Origin: Chiloscyllium plagiosum
Lineage: Eukaryota
Length of the DNA stretch: 55,400 nt
NCBI RefSeq assembly: GCF_004010195.1
Contig: NC_057720.1
Span: 12,204,470-12,259,869, forward strand
Direction of reading: 5' to 3'
Below are positions 1 through 11,884 of this stretch, piece by piece. Position 1 is the first letter of the stretch. Each line of letters starts with the position of its first letter. Under the pieces are notes generated by a model. That model saw only the letters and a program-made list of their open reading frames with translations. It was not told where the DNA came from and did no database searches. The position numbers and the translations under genes are program-made.

Positions 1-31
1 TCTTGGACTAAGGGGGACAGGACCGTGTCGA

Positions 32-161
32 GGTCCTGAAGAAGGGCTCATGCCCGAAACATCGATTCTCCTGCTCCTTGGATGCTGCCTGACCTGCTGC
101 ACTTTTCCAGCAACACATTTTCAGCTCTGATCTTCAGCATCTGCAGTCCTCACTTTCTCCT
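32..161 (+). mobile_element. Penelope-like terminal repeat (family A) with hammerhead motif, in the MIGA1 last intron
   Basis: CTGAAGA-A-GGGC-TCAT-GCCC-GAAAC followed by the tail ctcctgctccttggatgctgcctgacctgctg..., which also terminates the GIY-YIG ORF copy at 41.4-42.6 kb. Confidence 0.8.
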
Positions 162-324
162 CGAAGAACTAACTGGGCTAGCCAACCTTGCGGGATCTAA
201 CCCACCTTAGCTACCAGTTCAGGTAGAAAGGATAACTAATGGCACATTTGACACAACTAGCAATGCTGTTTGGTGAAGTGTAACAATGGATAAGCTAACA
301 GTTATTGGGTAATGTCTTTCCTAG

Positions 325-534
325 GAACAAGTTCTTTTCTTCTTGAAGGACATCTTTGACTTTGAGAAGGTGAGGTACACCAGCACTGAGTGTCTTGCTG
401 AGGACATCTTACACTTGATACAGCGTCGCACTGAGCTCCTGATGGCTTATCTCGGAACAGACAGCCTGAGGCATCTGAATGGATATATTGGACTGCCCCT
501 GCCTAATGGATGCTTGGAAGCACAAGCACCATAA
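325..534 (+). CDS. MIGA1: Terminal coding exon of mitoguardin 1 (FAM73A)
   Basis: Acceptor tctttcctag|GAA at 324/325. In-frame EQVLFFLKDIFDFEKVRYTSTECLAEDILHLIQRRTELLMAYLG...LEAQAP* closely matches the recalled vertebrate MIGA1 C-terminus (QVLFFLKDIFDFEKVRYSSTETLAEDLMQLLIRRTELLMAYL). Stop TAA at 532-534. Confidence 0.9.
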   Translation, partial: EQVLFFLKDIFDFEKVRYTSTECLAEDILHLIQRRTELLMAYLGTDSLRHLNGYIGLPLPNGCLEAQAP

Positions 535-704
535 ATCAGCTCTGTGTGAGGGTTATCATGAGAACACTTCATGTAAGGGTGTCTGTAAAACCTTGCAGAC
601 CCCCTAAACCAACCCATTATATTTCTTCGTCACGACATTTTGTCTCCATTTGAACTTTGTCAGTCCTTACATTTGCAAAAGGGTGTCCTGTTGATCCATT
701 GCAG

Positions 705-980
705 AGGCATGGGCACTAGCTGTGGGCTATTATTACAGTGCAGTACTGAAGGAGTGCTGCATTGTTAGTGGTATTGTCTTTTGAATGGAGGATTAAATTG
801 GCACAACAAAATTTGAAAGAAGGACAAGGGAATTCTCTCCAGTGTCCTGCCAAATATTTATCCAATGCCACTAAATGAGTGTTTCCCGCTTACACTTCCA
901 AACTACTTCATTGGCTGTAATTGATTTGCAATGTCCTGGGAGTGTAAAAGGAGCTATATAAATGCAAGATCTTACTTCCC
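705..980 (+). mobile_element. Ancient SINE, DeuSINE/SacSINE1-like
   Basis: cagtgcagtactgaaggagtgctgcattgt...tacttcattggctgtaa...gctatataaatgcaag motifs. Related decayed copies at about 15.2-15.5, 18.0-18.4, 36.1-36.3, 40.5-40.8 and 49.1-49.75 kb. Confidence 0.6.
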
Positions 981-1959
981 TTTGCTCGATTACTGCTGAA
1001 TCACAATTCAGTATCAGGATTGTGAGTGTTTGCTCTTAATTTAGATTATGGGAATCACAAGGCTCTGTACAACCATCAAGGATAGAAATCTGTATATAAC
1101 AACAGATATTGGAACATTGCATATGTTCACTTGGTAGCCCTCGCACACCAGTGGTTCAAAGTACAAGACAGCACTGGGACCTGGTTCCACCTCCCAATGG
1201 GAACCAGACAGAGTATAGTGAAGCAAATTTGTTCTCATCGTGTGACAGGGGCAAGCCTTGCAGAAGCACCTATCCTGGGACAGCGATGACAGAACATGTT
1301 GTAAGGTGCCTATAATTAATGATAGACTCAGGGAGGTTTCCAGATGAAAGTATCCAGGATTTTCATTTCCATGTTGCTTTGAAAAACAGACTGGTTGTCC
1401 AGTTGAAGATTCCACTTGCAATTATGAATATTTGGCAGAGGGCCACTCCAATAACTGTATTACCTGCAATATACTTTGTGAAACTTTGGGTTGTCTGCTA
1501 AGTTGTTATTCCTTTCTGGTTTTGAGCTTGACCAGTAGGAATACAGTCCAGGGTTGCCACCTTTAATCAAACTTAACACCAGACAAAGCACAACTGCAGG
1601 GTGTGTATTGGTATGGGACAGGGGGAGAATAGAGGATGGTATAGATTTAGGCCAAGGGGATGGCATACGATCAGGGCAGAAAGTATCTTAAGGTTGGAGC
1701 AGGATGTTGGCTAATAAAGGAACCACACTTGAGATAGGATCAGAGCTGGGGATGATGCGATAAGGTTGGAGCAGTGTGACCTGAGGGGGGAGGAGGGGGA
1801 ATCGGAATTATTCTGAGAAAGGGATAGGATAGATCAAAGGAATGGTGCAGATCAGACAATGGATTGATGGGTTTGGGGTCGGTTATTACATTGAAGCAAA
1901 TATCTTAGAAATGAGGGAAGAATGGAACAATATCAGCCAGATGAGGCAGGGTAATTTTA

Positions 1960-2275
1960 TTTATCCCTTCACAGAATGTGGGTGTTACTGGGCATTGATT
2001 GTCCATCCCTAATTACCCAGAGAGCAGTTAAGTATCAACCACAGTACTGTGGGTCTGGAGTCACGTGTAGGTCAGACCAGGTAAGGACAGTCTTCCCCAA
2101 AGGATGGGCTTTTTTCCAGCAATCAGAATAGTTTCATGGCCATCATTAGACTCTTAATTCCAAATATTTATTGAATTGATATTCCACCAACTGTCATGGC
2201 AGGATGTCACCCAAAGTCCCAGAACTTTACCAAGATTAATAGTCTAGTGAATATACCATTAGGTCATCACCTCCC
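1960..2275 (-). mobile_element. SINE with L2-like 3' tail (recurrent family)
   Basis: Reverse complement of the 36590-36890 copy (ctggaattaagagtctaatgatgaccatg...tagggaaggaa...tgactccag...gggcaataaatg). Confidence 0.7.
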
Positions 2276-2780
2276 TTGGTAATATTGAGGGGAGGACAGG
2301 GCAGAGAAAGGTGCATGGGAAGGGATAATATTGAGGTGTGGATTTGGCAGTAGCAGTGATGGAATCATGTCTTTAATTCTGATATTTGCTGATGTCTCCC
2401 AGTCGGTAAGGAAATAAGTGAGCAATGTGGGGTGGTTTCCTCCTTACATACACTAGGTAATATAGTCTGTACAATTCCTCTATGTGCTGTTAGCAATCAG
2501 GTTAACCCATTTAGACTAAACATATAAAGATGCATTGAAAGGGAAGCTCGCTAAGCATGTGAAGGAGAAAGGAATAGAAAATTAACAGTGATAAATGAAA
2601 TAAGATGAGAGGAGCCTTCTTTGGAATGCTGTCACTAACATAGACTGAATGGCCTGTTGCTGCACTATGCATTCTGTGGATGTTAGTAAGCTCACCATTA
2701 TCCCATTATCTCATTAAAGAGATTATCCTGAGGGTCACCACACCTCTGGTGAGGGGAGAGATTGAGAAGGAGAGCCCTTC

Positions 2781-3220
2781 ATTTGGTTTGATTTGATTTG
2801 ATTTATTATTGTCACATGTACCTAGGTAGAGTGAAATGTTTTGATTTGTGTGTAGTACAGGCAGATTATAATACGCAAAGATCATGGGGTGATTGAACAG
2901 AGTGAGGAATATAATGTTATGGCTGAAACAAAGGGTGTATGAAAAGAAAGAGATCAACATAAGGTTTGAAATTTGAGAGGTTCATTCAGCAGTCTAATAA
3001 CAGCAGGGAAGAAGCTGTTCCTGAATCTGTTTGTACGTGAGTTTAAGCTTTTGTATCTTCTGCCTGATGGAAGAGTTTGAAAGAGATATAATCAGGGTGG
3101 AAGAGATCTTTGATGATGTTACTGCCTCTCCGAAGCATTGAGAAGTGTAGATGGTTGCAATGGCTGGGAGGTCAGCTTGCTTGATCATCTGGGCTATGTT
3201 CAAAACTTCCTGGAGTTTCT
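2781..3220 (-). mobile_element. Non-LTR retrotransposon 3' fragment (Rex1/Babar-like) inserted in an older SINE (about 2690-3320)
   Basis: (TTTGA)n tail then tttattattgtcacatg. The interrupted SINE halves flank it (gagggtcaccacacctc... / ggtaacttcagcc...ctgagctaacc). Confidence 0.5.
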
Positions 3221-4045
3221 CATGGTAACTTCAGCCAGTGCAGGAATCAAACCCATGCTGTTTCGTGTTGCTCTGAATCAAAATCAGCTGGACAGACAAC
3301 TGAGCTAACCAACCCCCCGCCAGTGTGTAGTTATTGACAAAGTTTAAATAGCAGAGACTGGAATTCACAAAGATCATGTTAACTGCTTGGTCATGTATCA
3401 GTGGCAAATGCGTGCAATTGACTCCAACCACTCAATTCTGATGGAATGTATAAAACAGAGGGGTTTATTATCACCTCTTTCTGGGCTGGTTGGTTCTTTG
3501 ACACAGCAGATTGTAAAACATGTCAGACTTCCGTTGCATGGATTACAACATAGTGGAAATCAGGCATCTCCGAGTGCAGGAAGACAATCCTCTATATCAG
3601 GGTGTCATGTTCCGGTGGCTAGCCCCTCTCTAACCATATTGGTGGCAACCCTAGACAACTCACTTATTTTATTGAATAACTGCTTATCTGCTAAGTGTTG
3701 TCTGCTTTTCTATGGTCCATAATGTGACTGTGTACAATATCTGTACCTATACCTCACTATGTATAATTATATACTCAGACTGTTCAGCAGCACGTCATCA
3801 CATTTCCCTACTGAGCACTAAAAGCACACACACTACATATTTACTTTTAAAATGTTTACTTGAATTTTCCATTTTCCAGTGTTAAGCCCTCCATTGAAGT
3901 ATTGCTGTGAATGTATTGCGATAGCTCCTTAAAAATACATATGCCTGGCATTTTAAGGCACTAAAACAGTTTATGCAAGTTGCCTTATACTTTGTTGGTC
4001 AGTAACAGAGTCTCACAAAATGTCTGTATTGTTGTCTGTTTGATT

Positions 4046-4262
4046 TGGAGATGCCGGTTTTGGACTGGGATGTACAAAGTTAAAAATCACACAACACCAG
4101 GTTATAGTCCAACAGGTTTAATTTGAAGCACTAGCTTTCGGAGCGACGCTCCTTCATCAGGTGGTTGGCACAACCACCTGATGAAGGAGCGTCGCTCCGA
4201 AAGCTAGTGTGCTTCCAATTAAACCTGTTGCACTATAACTTGGTGTTGTGTGATTTTTAACA
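4046..4262. mobile_element. Palindromic Penelope-like terminal-repeat insertion (family B) with two hammerhead motifs
   Basis: Inverted arms 4079-4167 and 4171-4261. Core CTGATGA-A-GGAGC-GTC-GCTCC-GAAAGCTA at 4178-4206 plus its antisense copy. TSD ttgtctgtttg at 4032-4042 and 4263-4273. Confidence 0.8.
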
Positions 4263-4676
4263 TTGTCTGTTTGGTTTTTGATACTCGGTAACTTAACATA
4301 ACACCAACTTAAGTTCTTTGCTGTTTTGTTGTTTTGTTGAAGAATAATACACATTGACGAATGTCTTCAGCAAGTAAAGCACTTCAAAAACAGACTGTTG
4401 CATGTATCTTTATTGATTTCAATCTGCAGACATTTATTTGTGATTTAAAATGCACCAGTAATGTGTATTTGGACAGGGGCTTGCACTTTGAGCCCTTTGC
4501 GAGAAAGGACAGTACGACTGTTGACTTTGGAGCAGGGAAAACTTATGGAGAAGATTTATTGGTGGAGGTTTATCATTAAGATGAAGGTTTTGGATAGGGA
4601 GAAACCATTCCAGAGGCAGAAAGACCAAAACTTTAACTTAATCAGTCAAAGAACCAGATTGAAGGTGATGACATAA

Positions 4677-5077
4677 TCTGGAGGGTCGGAGGCTGAGGGG
4701 TGATCTTATAGAGGTTCACAAAATTATGAGGGGCATGGATAGGGTAAATAAGCAAAGTCTTTTCCCTGGGGTCGGGGAGTCCAGAACTAGAGGACATAGG
4801 TTTAGGGTGAGAGGGGAAAGATATAAAAGAGACCTAAGGGCAACTTTTTTACGCAGAGGGTGGTACGTGTATGGAATGAGCTGCCAGAGGAAGTGGTGGA
4901 GGCTGGTACAATTGCAACATTTAAGAGGCATTTGGATGGGTATATGAATAGGAAGGGTTTGGAGGGAAAAAGGGCCGGGTGCTGGCAGGTGGGACTAGAT
5001 TGGGTTGGAATATCTGGTTGGCATGGACGGGTTGGATCAAAGGATCTGTTTCCATGCTGTACATCTCTATGACTCTA
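4677..5077 (+). mobile_element. CR1 LINE 3' end nested in an older CR1 fragment
   Basis: RRLRGDLIEV..IMRGMDRVN..TRGHRFRVRGER..WNELPEEVV; ends in ctctatgactctat. Confidence 0.9.
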
Positions 5078-5480
5078 TGAATTGTCTGTAACAGAGTTGA
5101 AAGGACATTCAATGGTAATTTTCAAAAATCAGTTGGATATGTACTTGAAAAATAAAACTTTGTAGGGCTGAGAGGAAAGAGAAAGATGAATAAAAATTAA
5201 TGGACTAATTCTTTCAATGAGCTGGCACATACCCAATGCGGTCTCTTTCCACACTGTAGGGATTCAATATTCTATCACAATGAACAGAGATATAAGGTTG
5301 GGGAATGGCAGACGGTTAAGTTGTGACTGTCATGTGAATGAGGTTTTATACTTGTTTAGATGGAACAGAGAGAAAGAGAAAAGCAAAATGGTCGATAGAG
5401 AGAGTCACAAAGTGCAGTGGCATAGTAGTTGATAGATGAGGGTGTGGAAAATGTAGGGACAAGCATGGACTTAAGTGTGG

Positions 5481-5840
5481 TAGATTAGACTCCCTACAGT
5501 ACGGAAACGGCCCTTCGGCTCAACAAGGCCACACCAACCCACTGAAGAGTGACCCAACCAGACCCATTCCCCTACATCTACCCCTGACTTATGCACCTAT
5601 CACTATGGGCAATTTAGCATGGTCAATTCACCTGATCTGCACATCTTTGGATTGTGGGAGGAAACCAGAGCAAACCCGGGGAGAATCTGCAAACTCCACA
5701 CAGACAGTCACCTGAGGCTGGAATTGAACCTGGGTCCTTGGTGCTGTGAGGCAGCAGTGCTAACCACTGAGCCACCATGCCACCCAGACAGTCGCCCAAA
5801 GCGGGAATTGAACCCGGGTTCCTGGCACTGTGAGGTAGTT
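5481..5840 (-). mobile_element. HE1-type tRNA-derived SINE with partial tandem duplication of its head
   Basis: Reverse complement of ggcatggtggctcagtggttagcactgctgcctcacagc...ggttcaattcc (A/B boxes); CR1-like tail with (TAATC)n. Confidence 0.85.
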
Positions 5841-5869
5841 GGAACATAACTTTGGAGGTGATTGTTAAA

Positions 5870-6441
5870 GAGCGGTGAAACTGTGGGAAGACCAGTTCAG
5901 GTCCACACCCCCCACCAACCCAACCTCCACTCCCGGCACCTTCCCTGCAACCGCAAGAAATGCAAAACTTGTGCCCACACCTCCCCCCTTACTTCCCTCC
6001 AAGGCCCCAAGGGACACTTTCATATCCGCCACAAATTCACCTGCACCTNNNNNNNNNNNNNNNNNNNNNNNNNNNNNNNNNNNNNNNNNNNNNNNNNNNN
6101 NNNNNNNNNNNNNNNNNNNNNNNNNNNNNNNNNNNNNNNNNNNNNNNNNNNNNNNNNNNNNNNNNNNNNNNNNNNNNNNNNNNNNNNNNNNNNNNNNNNN
6201 NNNNNNNNNNNNNNNNNNNNGTTTCGGGCATAAGCCCTTCTTCAGGAATGAGGCAAGTGTGTCCAGCAGGCTCCCTACCTTTTATCTTAGCCTGCTAGAC
6301 ACACTTTCCTCATTCCTGAAGAAGGGCTTATGCCCGAAACGTCGATTCTCCTGTTCCTTGGATGCTGCCTGACCTGCTGCGCTTTTCCAGCAACACATTT
6401 TCAGCTCTGATCTCCAGCATCTGCAGCCCTCACTTTCTCTC
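5870..6441 (+). mobile_element. Penelope-like element fragment (GIY-YIG N-terminal part plus inverted terminal repeats), spanning a gap
   Basis: PCNRKKCKTCAHTS..FHIRHKFTCT. Inverted copies 6221-6272 and 6289-6340, each with a CTGAAGA..GAAAC core. Confidence 0.85.
6049..6220. other. Assembly gap
   Basis: N run. Confidence 1.
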
Positions 6442-6584
6442 AAAGAATACTCAACACTCATGTATGCTATGCCAGTGCAGCTACTCCACAGATACTGATA
6501 TCTCTGTTACTGCTATCACAGATACAATGGGAGACAGCCATACATTTCCTGTTGAAGGTTTTGTGGTTTCATCGTATCATCATA

Positions 6585-7382
6585 ATAGAAGCAGATGTAG
6601 GCCATTTGGTCCATTGAGCCTGCTCCGCCATTCATTAAGATCTTGGCTGATCTATCCATCATCTCAGCTCCACCTGCTTTATCCCCATAGCCCTTAATTC
6701 CCCTACCACGCAAATAACCATCCAACTGTGTCTGGAATATATTTAATGAGCTGCCTCTCCTACTTCCTCGGGCCGAGAATTCCATAGATTTACTACTCTC
6801 TGGGAAAAACAGTTCCTGCTCATCTCTGTCCTAACTCTACTCCCCCTAAAGGGGTGGCGTGGTTTCTCAATGCTTAGGACTGCTACCTCACAGTACCAGG
6901 AACCCGGGTTCAATTCCCGCTTTGGGCGACTGTCTGTGTGGGGTTTGCACATTCTCCCTGTGTCTGCATGGGTTCCCTCCCACAGTCTAAAGATGTGTGG
7001 GTCAGGTGAATTGGCCATGTTAAATTGCCCATGGTGTTATGTGCAATAATCAGGGGTAAGTATATGGTCTGGGTGGGTTACTGTTCGGAGGCCCGGTGTA
7101 GACTTGGTGGTTCAAAGGACCTGTTTCCATACTGTAGGTAATCTAATCTTGAGCCCTGTCCTAGTCTCACCCACCAGTGGAAACAGCTTGCCTGCCTCTA
7201 TCTGATCTTCTATAAGATCCCCTCTCATTCTTCTAAATTCTAGCGAGTACAGTCCCAGGCGGATCAACCTGTCCTCATAGAGTAACTCCCTCATCTTTGA
7301 ATCAACCTGGTGAACCTCCTCTGCACCACCTCCAAAGCCAGTATATCCTTCCTCAAGTAAGGAGACCAGAACTGCGTACAAT
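6585..7382 (-). mobile_element. CR1 LINE 3' fragment interrupted by an HE1-type SINE (6852-7146, +)
   Basis: Minus-strand CTQFWSPYLRKDILALEVVQRRFTRLI and FSQRVVNLWNS; SINE head and tail recognisable. Confidence 0.85.
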
Positions 7383-7829
7383 GATCCAACGTCACCCCAC
7401 TGTCAGTCCAACCCTGCCACTGGGCCCTCACCATCACCCCCAGCAGGAAGACAGGCTTTTCTACAGGCTGCAGTGAATGTGCCACCCAACACTGAAACCT
7501 AGCCTCGGTCCTGAATTGGAAATGACCTGCAGAGGCATCACCTTTGGTTGTCACTATATGGCAAGGTGCACTGGCGGCACAAGAGGGTTCAGGACTTGGA
7601 AATGTTTTTCTCTGCCCAGGAAATCCCAGCCAGGGAGTCACTCCAAGAAGGATGGAAATTTAATGCAAATGCAGAATACAGTGTGTGAGATAACCGATGG
7701 AGTCTTTGGATCACCAGCTCCAGACGTAACTGCCCCGGAACCTCCTCATTGGACTTTGGGATCTTCGATCAAGCTTCATAAAGATCTGGTAGGCCCTGGA
7801 ACACGGCTTCCATGACCTGATGATAACAA

Positions 7830-8440
7830 ATGCTGATCGAATCAAGCAGCAGGTTCATTTAATTGTTTATAATGGGGAGGGTGCAGACCAGACCCAACTG
7901 GCCCACGCTTGTAAAACTCAAAGCACAATGTCTGCAGTTAGATGTGATTCTGCAATTAGACTTGTTTGTTGAGCAATCCTGATTGTGCTAAAACTGTCAA
8001 ACCAACCAACGTAAGATCATCAGTTGAGCTTGTAATAAGGCTTATTTATGCTTGTAAGATATGACATATATGAGGATTTACTGCAACCAAACGAATATGT
8101 TTAAGCCTTGTACCTTCATTGATTAACCTAGGAGCCTATGGTTCCCCATTGTTTTCTGTCTGGCAATCAGTCCTGATGAAGGGGTTTTGCCCGAAATGAC
8201 GATTTTCCTACTCCTCAGATGCTGCCTGACCTGCTGTGCTTTTCCAGCACCACTCTAATCTAGTCTCTTCTCTCAGGCAATGTCTCAGCCAATGAGAGTT
8301 CACTTGCTAACCAATCAGCACCCTTTTCTCCCAGTGCATAAAATGATGTGTTCATTTGAAACTTGGTAATCTTGCCTTTGTCCTGATGAGTGCAAGATGT
8401 AAAGTTCCAGCAACGTGTCTCTCTTTTTCAGCAATAAATG
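7830..8440 (+). mobile_element. Ancient Penelope-like element (family C): decayed GIY-YIG end plus hammerhead-bearing terminal repeat, with a family-A repeat nested at about 8168-8265
   Basis: Decayed DRIKQQV..CKTQ..RCDSAI..LLSNPDCAK; tgtc-CTGATGA-gtgcaagat at 8379-8398. Confidence 0.65.
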
Positions 8441-8740
8441 ATTCTTCAGTGAATCAAAATGTAAGGCAGAAACGATCCACTGCAAGGACACCACAGAGTC
8501 AACAATTTAGCAAACTTTTATGCAACCAGTGAGTTGGGAGGAGACCTTGTGGAATTTTATTCTCTTCATAAAGGTAAAGTAAGGCACAAAAGAGAATGGG
8601 TGCGCTTTCAGATACTCTCAACATTTTCCACTATTCAATTAGATCACAGCTGACCTGAACTCCATGTACCCACCCTGATTCCATATCCTTAATAACTTTA
8701 CCAAACAAAACTCCATCAAGCCAAGTTTTGAAATGGTTCA

Positions 8741-9185
8741 CTGAGCTATAGGGAGGGGTTGAATAGGCTGGGGCTACTCTTCCTGGAGTGTCAGAGGCTG
8801 AGGGGTGGACCTTACAGAGGCTTATAAAATCATGAGGGGCATGGATAGGGTAAATAGCCATGTTCTTTTCCCCGGAGTAGGAAAGTCCAAAACTAGAGGA
8901 CGTTGGTTTAAGGTGAGAAGGGAATGATTTAATAGGGACCTAAGAGGCAACTTTTTCATGCAAAGAGTGGTGTGTGTATGGAATGAGCTGCCAGAGGAAG
9001 TGGTGGAGGCTGGTACAATTACAGCATTTAAAAAGCATCTGGATGGGTATACGAATAGGAAGGGTTTGGAGACATATAGGTCAAATGCTGGCAAATGGGA
9101 CGACATTAATTTAGGATATCTGGTCGGCATGCACGGGTTGGACTAAAGTGTCTGTTTCAGTGCTAAACAATTCTATGATTCTATT
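8741..9185 (+). mobile_element. CR1 LINE 3' end
   Basis: YKIMRGMDRVN..WNELPEEVVEAGTITAFKKHLD. Confidence 0.9.
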
Positions 9186-10027
9186 ATCCCTAGCCTGAAC
9201 AGTGTCTTGGGAGAGACATGTAACTTTCCGTTAGCCTTTTCTGAAGGAGTGCTTCCAGTCTGGCTAAAGTTGTTTCATTGAGCACGCCGAATTTTTAGCA
9301 GCTTATCCTGGCCCGCATCTCAGTTTTGTGATCCAAGCACTCCATTGCAAGTTTCTGCCACAAGGTCATCTTAGCCTTTTAATTCAGCTCAGACAACAAG
9401 CCACACAATCACTGAACATTCTTCTGCAATGTTTTCTGTGCAGTATTTAATGGGTTTACATGTTTGCAATCTATGCAGTAAACAGTTTGCACTATTAGAA
9501 TAGCAGATGAAATTCTTGTATGGGATGGGGGTTTTTGTATTTGTTGCCCATCCCAAGTCGCCCTTAGTTCTCTACACCATTCCAAAGGCATTTAAGAGAC
9601 AACCACATTGCTGTGGATGTAGAGATACAGAGCCCAAGGCTAAATTTCCTTCTCTAAGAGTGAACCAGAGGAGTTTTCTTTTAAAATGATGTCTCTATTA
9701 GACTAGCCTGAATTTCAAATTTAATTGCATTAAAATTTTCACCATCTGCCTTGGTGGGATTTGAACCCATGCCCCTAAAAACATTGAACTGCATCTTTGG
9801 ATTATCAGCCTCATAATGTTACAACAACACCACCACCCCCGGAGTTCTGTACACAAGTTTCCCACTAAGAATTTAAGAATTTATGTGATTTCTCGAATTA
9901 AGTTTCATGGCATCTAGTCCTCCACAGGTCAGAGTGACTTTGCTCATACAATCTTCTGTTCTTCACCGCAGGCTTGGAGGGTCGAAGGTCCTGTTTCTGT
10001 GCTGTATTGTTCTTTATTCTTTATTCT

Positions 10028-10366
10028 TATTGAAGTTTATAAAATCATGAGGGGCATGGATAGGGGGAATTCACCAACGTAGGGGAGTCCAAAACTAGAG
10101 GGTGAGAGGGGAAAGATTTAAAAAGGACCTAAGGGGCAACGTTTTCACACAGAGGATGGTGTGTGTATGGAATGAGCTGCCAGAGGAAGTGGTGGAGGCT
10201 GGTACAATTACAGCATTTAAAAGGCATCTGGATGGGTGTTTGAATAGGAAGGGTTTAGAGGTTTATGGGACAAATGCTGGCAAATGGGACTAGATTAATT
10301 TAGAATATTTAGTGGACATGGATGAGTTGGACCTGAGTCTGATTTCATGCTGTACATCTCTATGAC
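10028..10366 (+). mobile_element. CR1 LINE 3' end
   Basis: RGERFKKDLRGNVFTQRMVCVWNELPEEVV. Confidence 0.9.
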
Positions 10367-10989
10367 TTGGCTAATAAAGGTAAGTATCCTATTTGCCTTC
10401 ATAACCATTTTATCCACTTGTCCTGCTGCTTTAAGGTTCCCCTGATCCTTAGCACTTCCCAATTCTGCCCAGCCTGGCCTGCTGGTCTAAATCATGGCTG
10501 CTCATCTCCTCAGTGCCACTTTCCCACACTACCTCCATATGCTTTGAGGTAATTCCTGAATCCAATTGATTTTTGTAGAGAACCTGCTGATAAACTGAGT
10601 TTCCACAGCTGTTTGGCGTAGAAACATCCAATGGTTCATCACCCTCTGGGGACAGAAATTCCTCTTCATTTCATTCTAACCTGGCATGCTCCCTATCCTG
10701 TCATTATATCCTTTGGTTGTAGATTCACCAGATAGGGGAATATATGGACCCTCTAATGTCGTGTAAGAAATTTGTAAATTTCAACAAGGTCACCTTCATT
10801 CTTCAAACCGCACGAACATCTAGACACAATTGCCTCAGTCTCTCCTCATGAGATAACCCTGCCATCCCAGGGATTAATCTGGTCCATCACCATTCTTCTG
10901 TGGCAAGTAGAGAGGATAGCTATTGTACACAATACTCCAAGTATGTGGATGATTCATCTTGGGCACTTCCAGAAGTCTCCAGTGTGAGA

Positions 10990-11310
10990 TATCCCAGTGC
11001 CTACCTCAGTCCACCAAACCAGGTGCAACGACCCTGCCCCTGACCTGAGTACAGCAGCCACCCCCCTCCGTGCCCTGGACCCTGACGTAAACCCCTCCCG
11101 CACCATCATCCTGGTTCCTAAGTCCTAATGTAAGCCCCCTGTCCCTGGAACTATGTCCCTGATATACCTGTACCACTCCTGTCAAGTCTCAGGCACTGGA
11201 GCTGGGTCCTGGTACAAACCCATCCTGTACACTCACCCTAATCCCAGACCCTGGTTTCTGGGTCCTAATATAACCCTCGATATAAACCCCCACTCCCATC
11301 CCAGGCATTG
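10990..11310. repeat. Degenerate C-rich minisatellite-like tract
   Basis: Recurrent ccctgg/gtcct..taaacccc units. Confidence 0.4.
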
Positions 11311-11377
11311 GCAAGGCCCAACAAATCTCTGTCAGGAAGAGGCCAGCACAGAGACCCTCAGCTCTGTCTTTGAGGAA

Positions 11378-11882
11378 GAGTCAGAGAGTCCTACAGCACG
11401 GAGACAGGCCCTTTGGCCCAAACTGGCCCATGCTGACCAAAATGTCCATCTACACTAACCCTATTTCCCTGCACTTGGCCCATATCTTTCTAAACCTTTC
11501 CTATCCATGTATTTGTCCAAATGCCTCTTAAATGTGGTTAATGTACAGGTGGGCCCCACAATCCAAAAGTAGACCGTTCCCAGGAACCCTTTTGTAAGCC
11601 AGAAATGATGTAAAGCAGAGGTGCATTCTTTAAATGGGAAGAAGAATCGCCATTTTTTTGTAAAAGCGAAAATCCTCTTCAGATTCACGAAAGCAGGTAC
11701 TAATGTAGGTCTTTCATAAAAGCGAAATTGCATAAAGCGGTTGTTCGATAAACGGGGGATACCTGTACCCACCTCAAACACTTCCACTGACAGCTCATTC
11801 CATATGTGTACCACCCTCTGTGTAAAAATGTTGCCCTTCAGGTTCCATTTTATTCTTTCCCCTCTAACCTTAAACTGATGTC
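11378..11882 (-). mobile_element. CR1 LINE 3' end
   Basis: ORF 11461-11901(-) has CR1 motifs on both sides of a MITE insertion. Confidence 0.85.
11546..11765. mobile_element. Tc1/mariner (Tigger-like) MITE inserted in CR1
   Basis: TA|CAGGT...ACCTG|TA ends; removing it restores the CR1 sequence aatgtacccacc. Confidence 0.75.
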
Positions 11883-11884
11883 CT

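Larger units (their letters stand above)
535..4400 (+). other. MIGA1: Probable long MIGA1 3' UTR (3' end uncertain)
   Basis: Follows the stop codon. Unique AU-rich UTR-like sequence at about 3340-4450. Candidate variant poly(A) signal AGTAAA at 4373-4378 followed by GU-rich sequence; alternative AATAAA at 1713-1718. Confidence 0.4.

Noticed and set aside
343..534. 63-aa ORF as a standalone gene
   Set aside because: It starts at TTG inside a spliced exon; the true frame begins at the acceptor at 325.
1041..1501. ORFs downstream of the MIGA1 stop
   Set aside because: No recognisable protein similarity or exon structure; likely chance ORFs.
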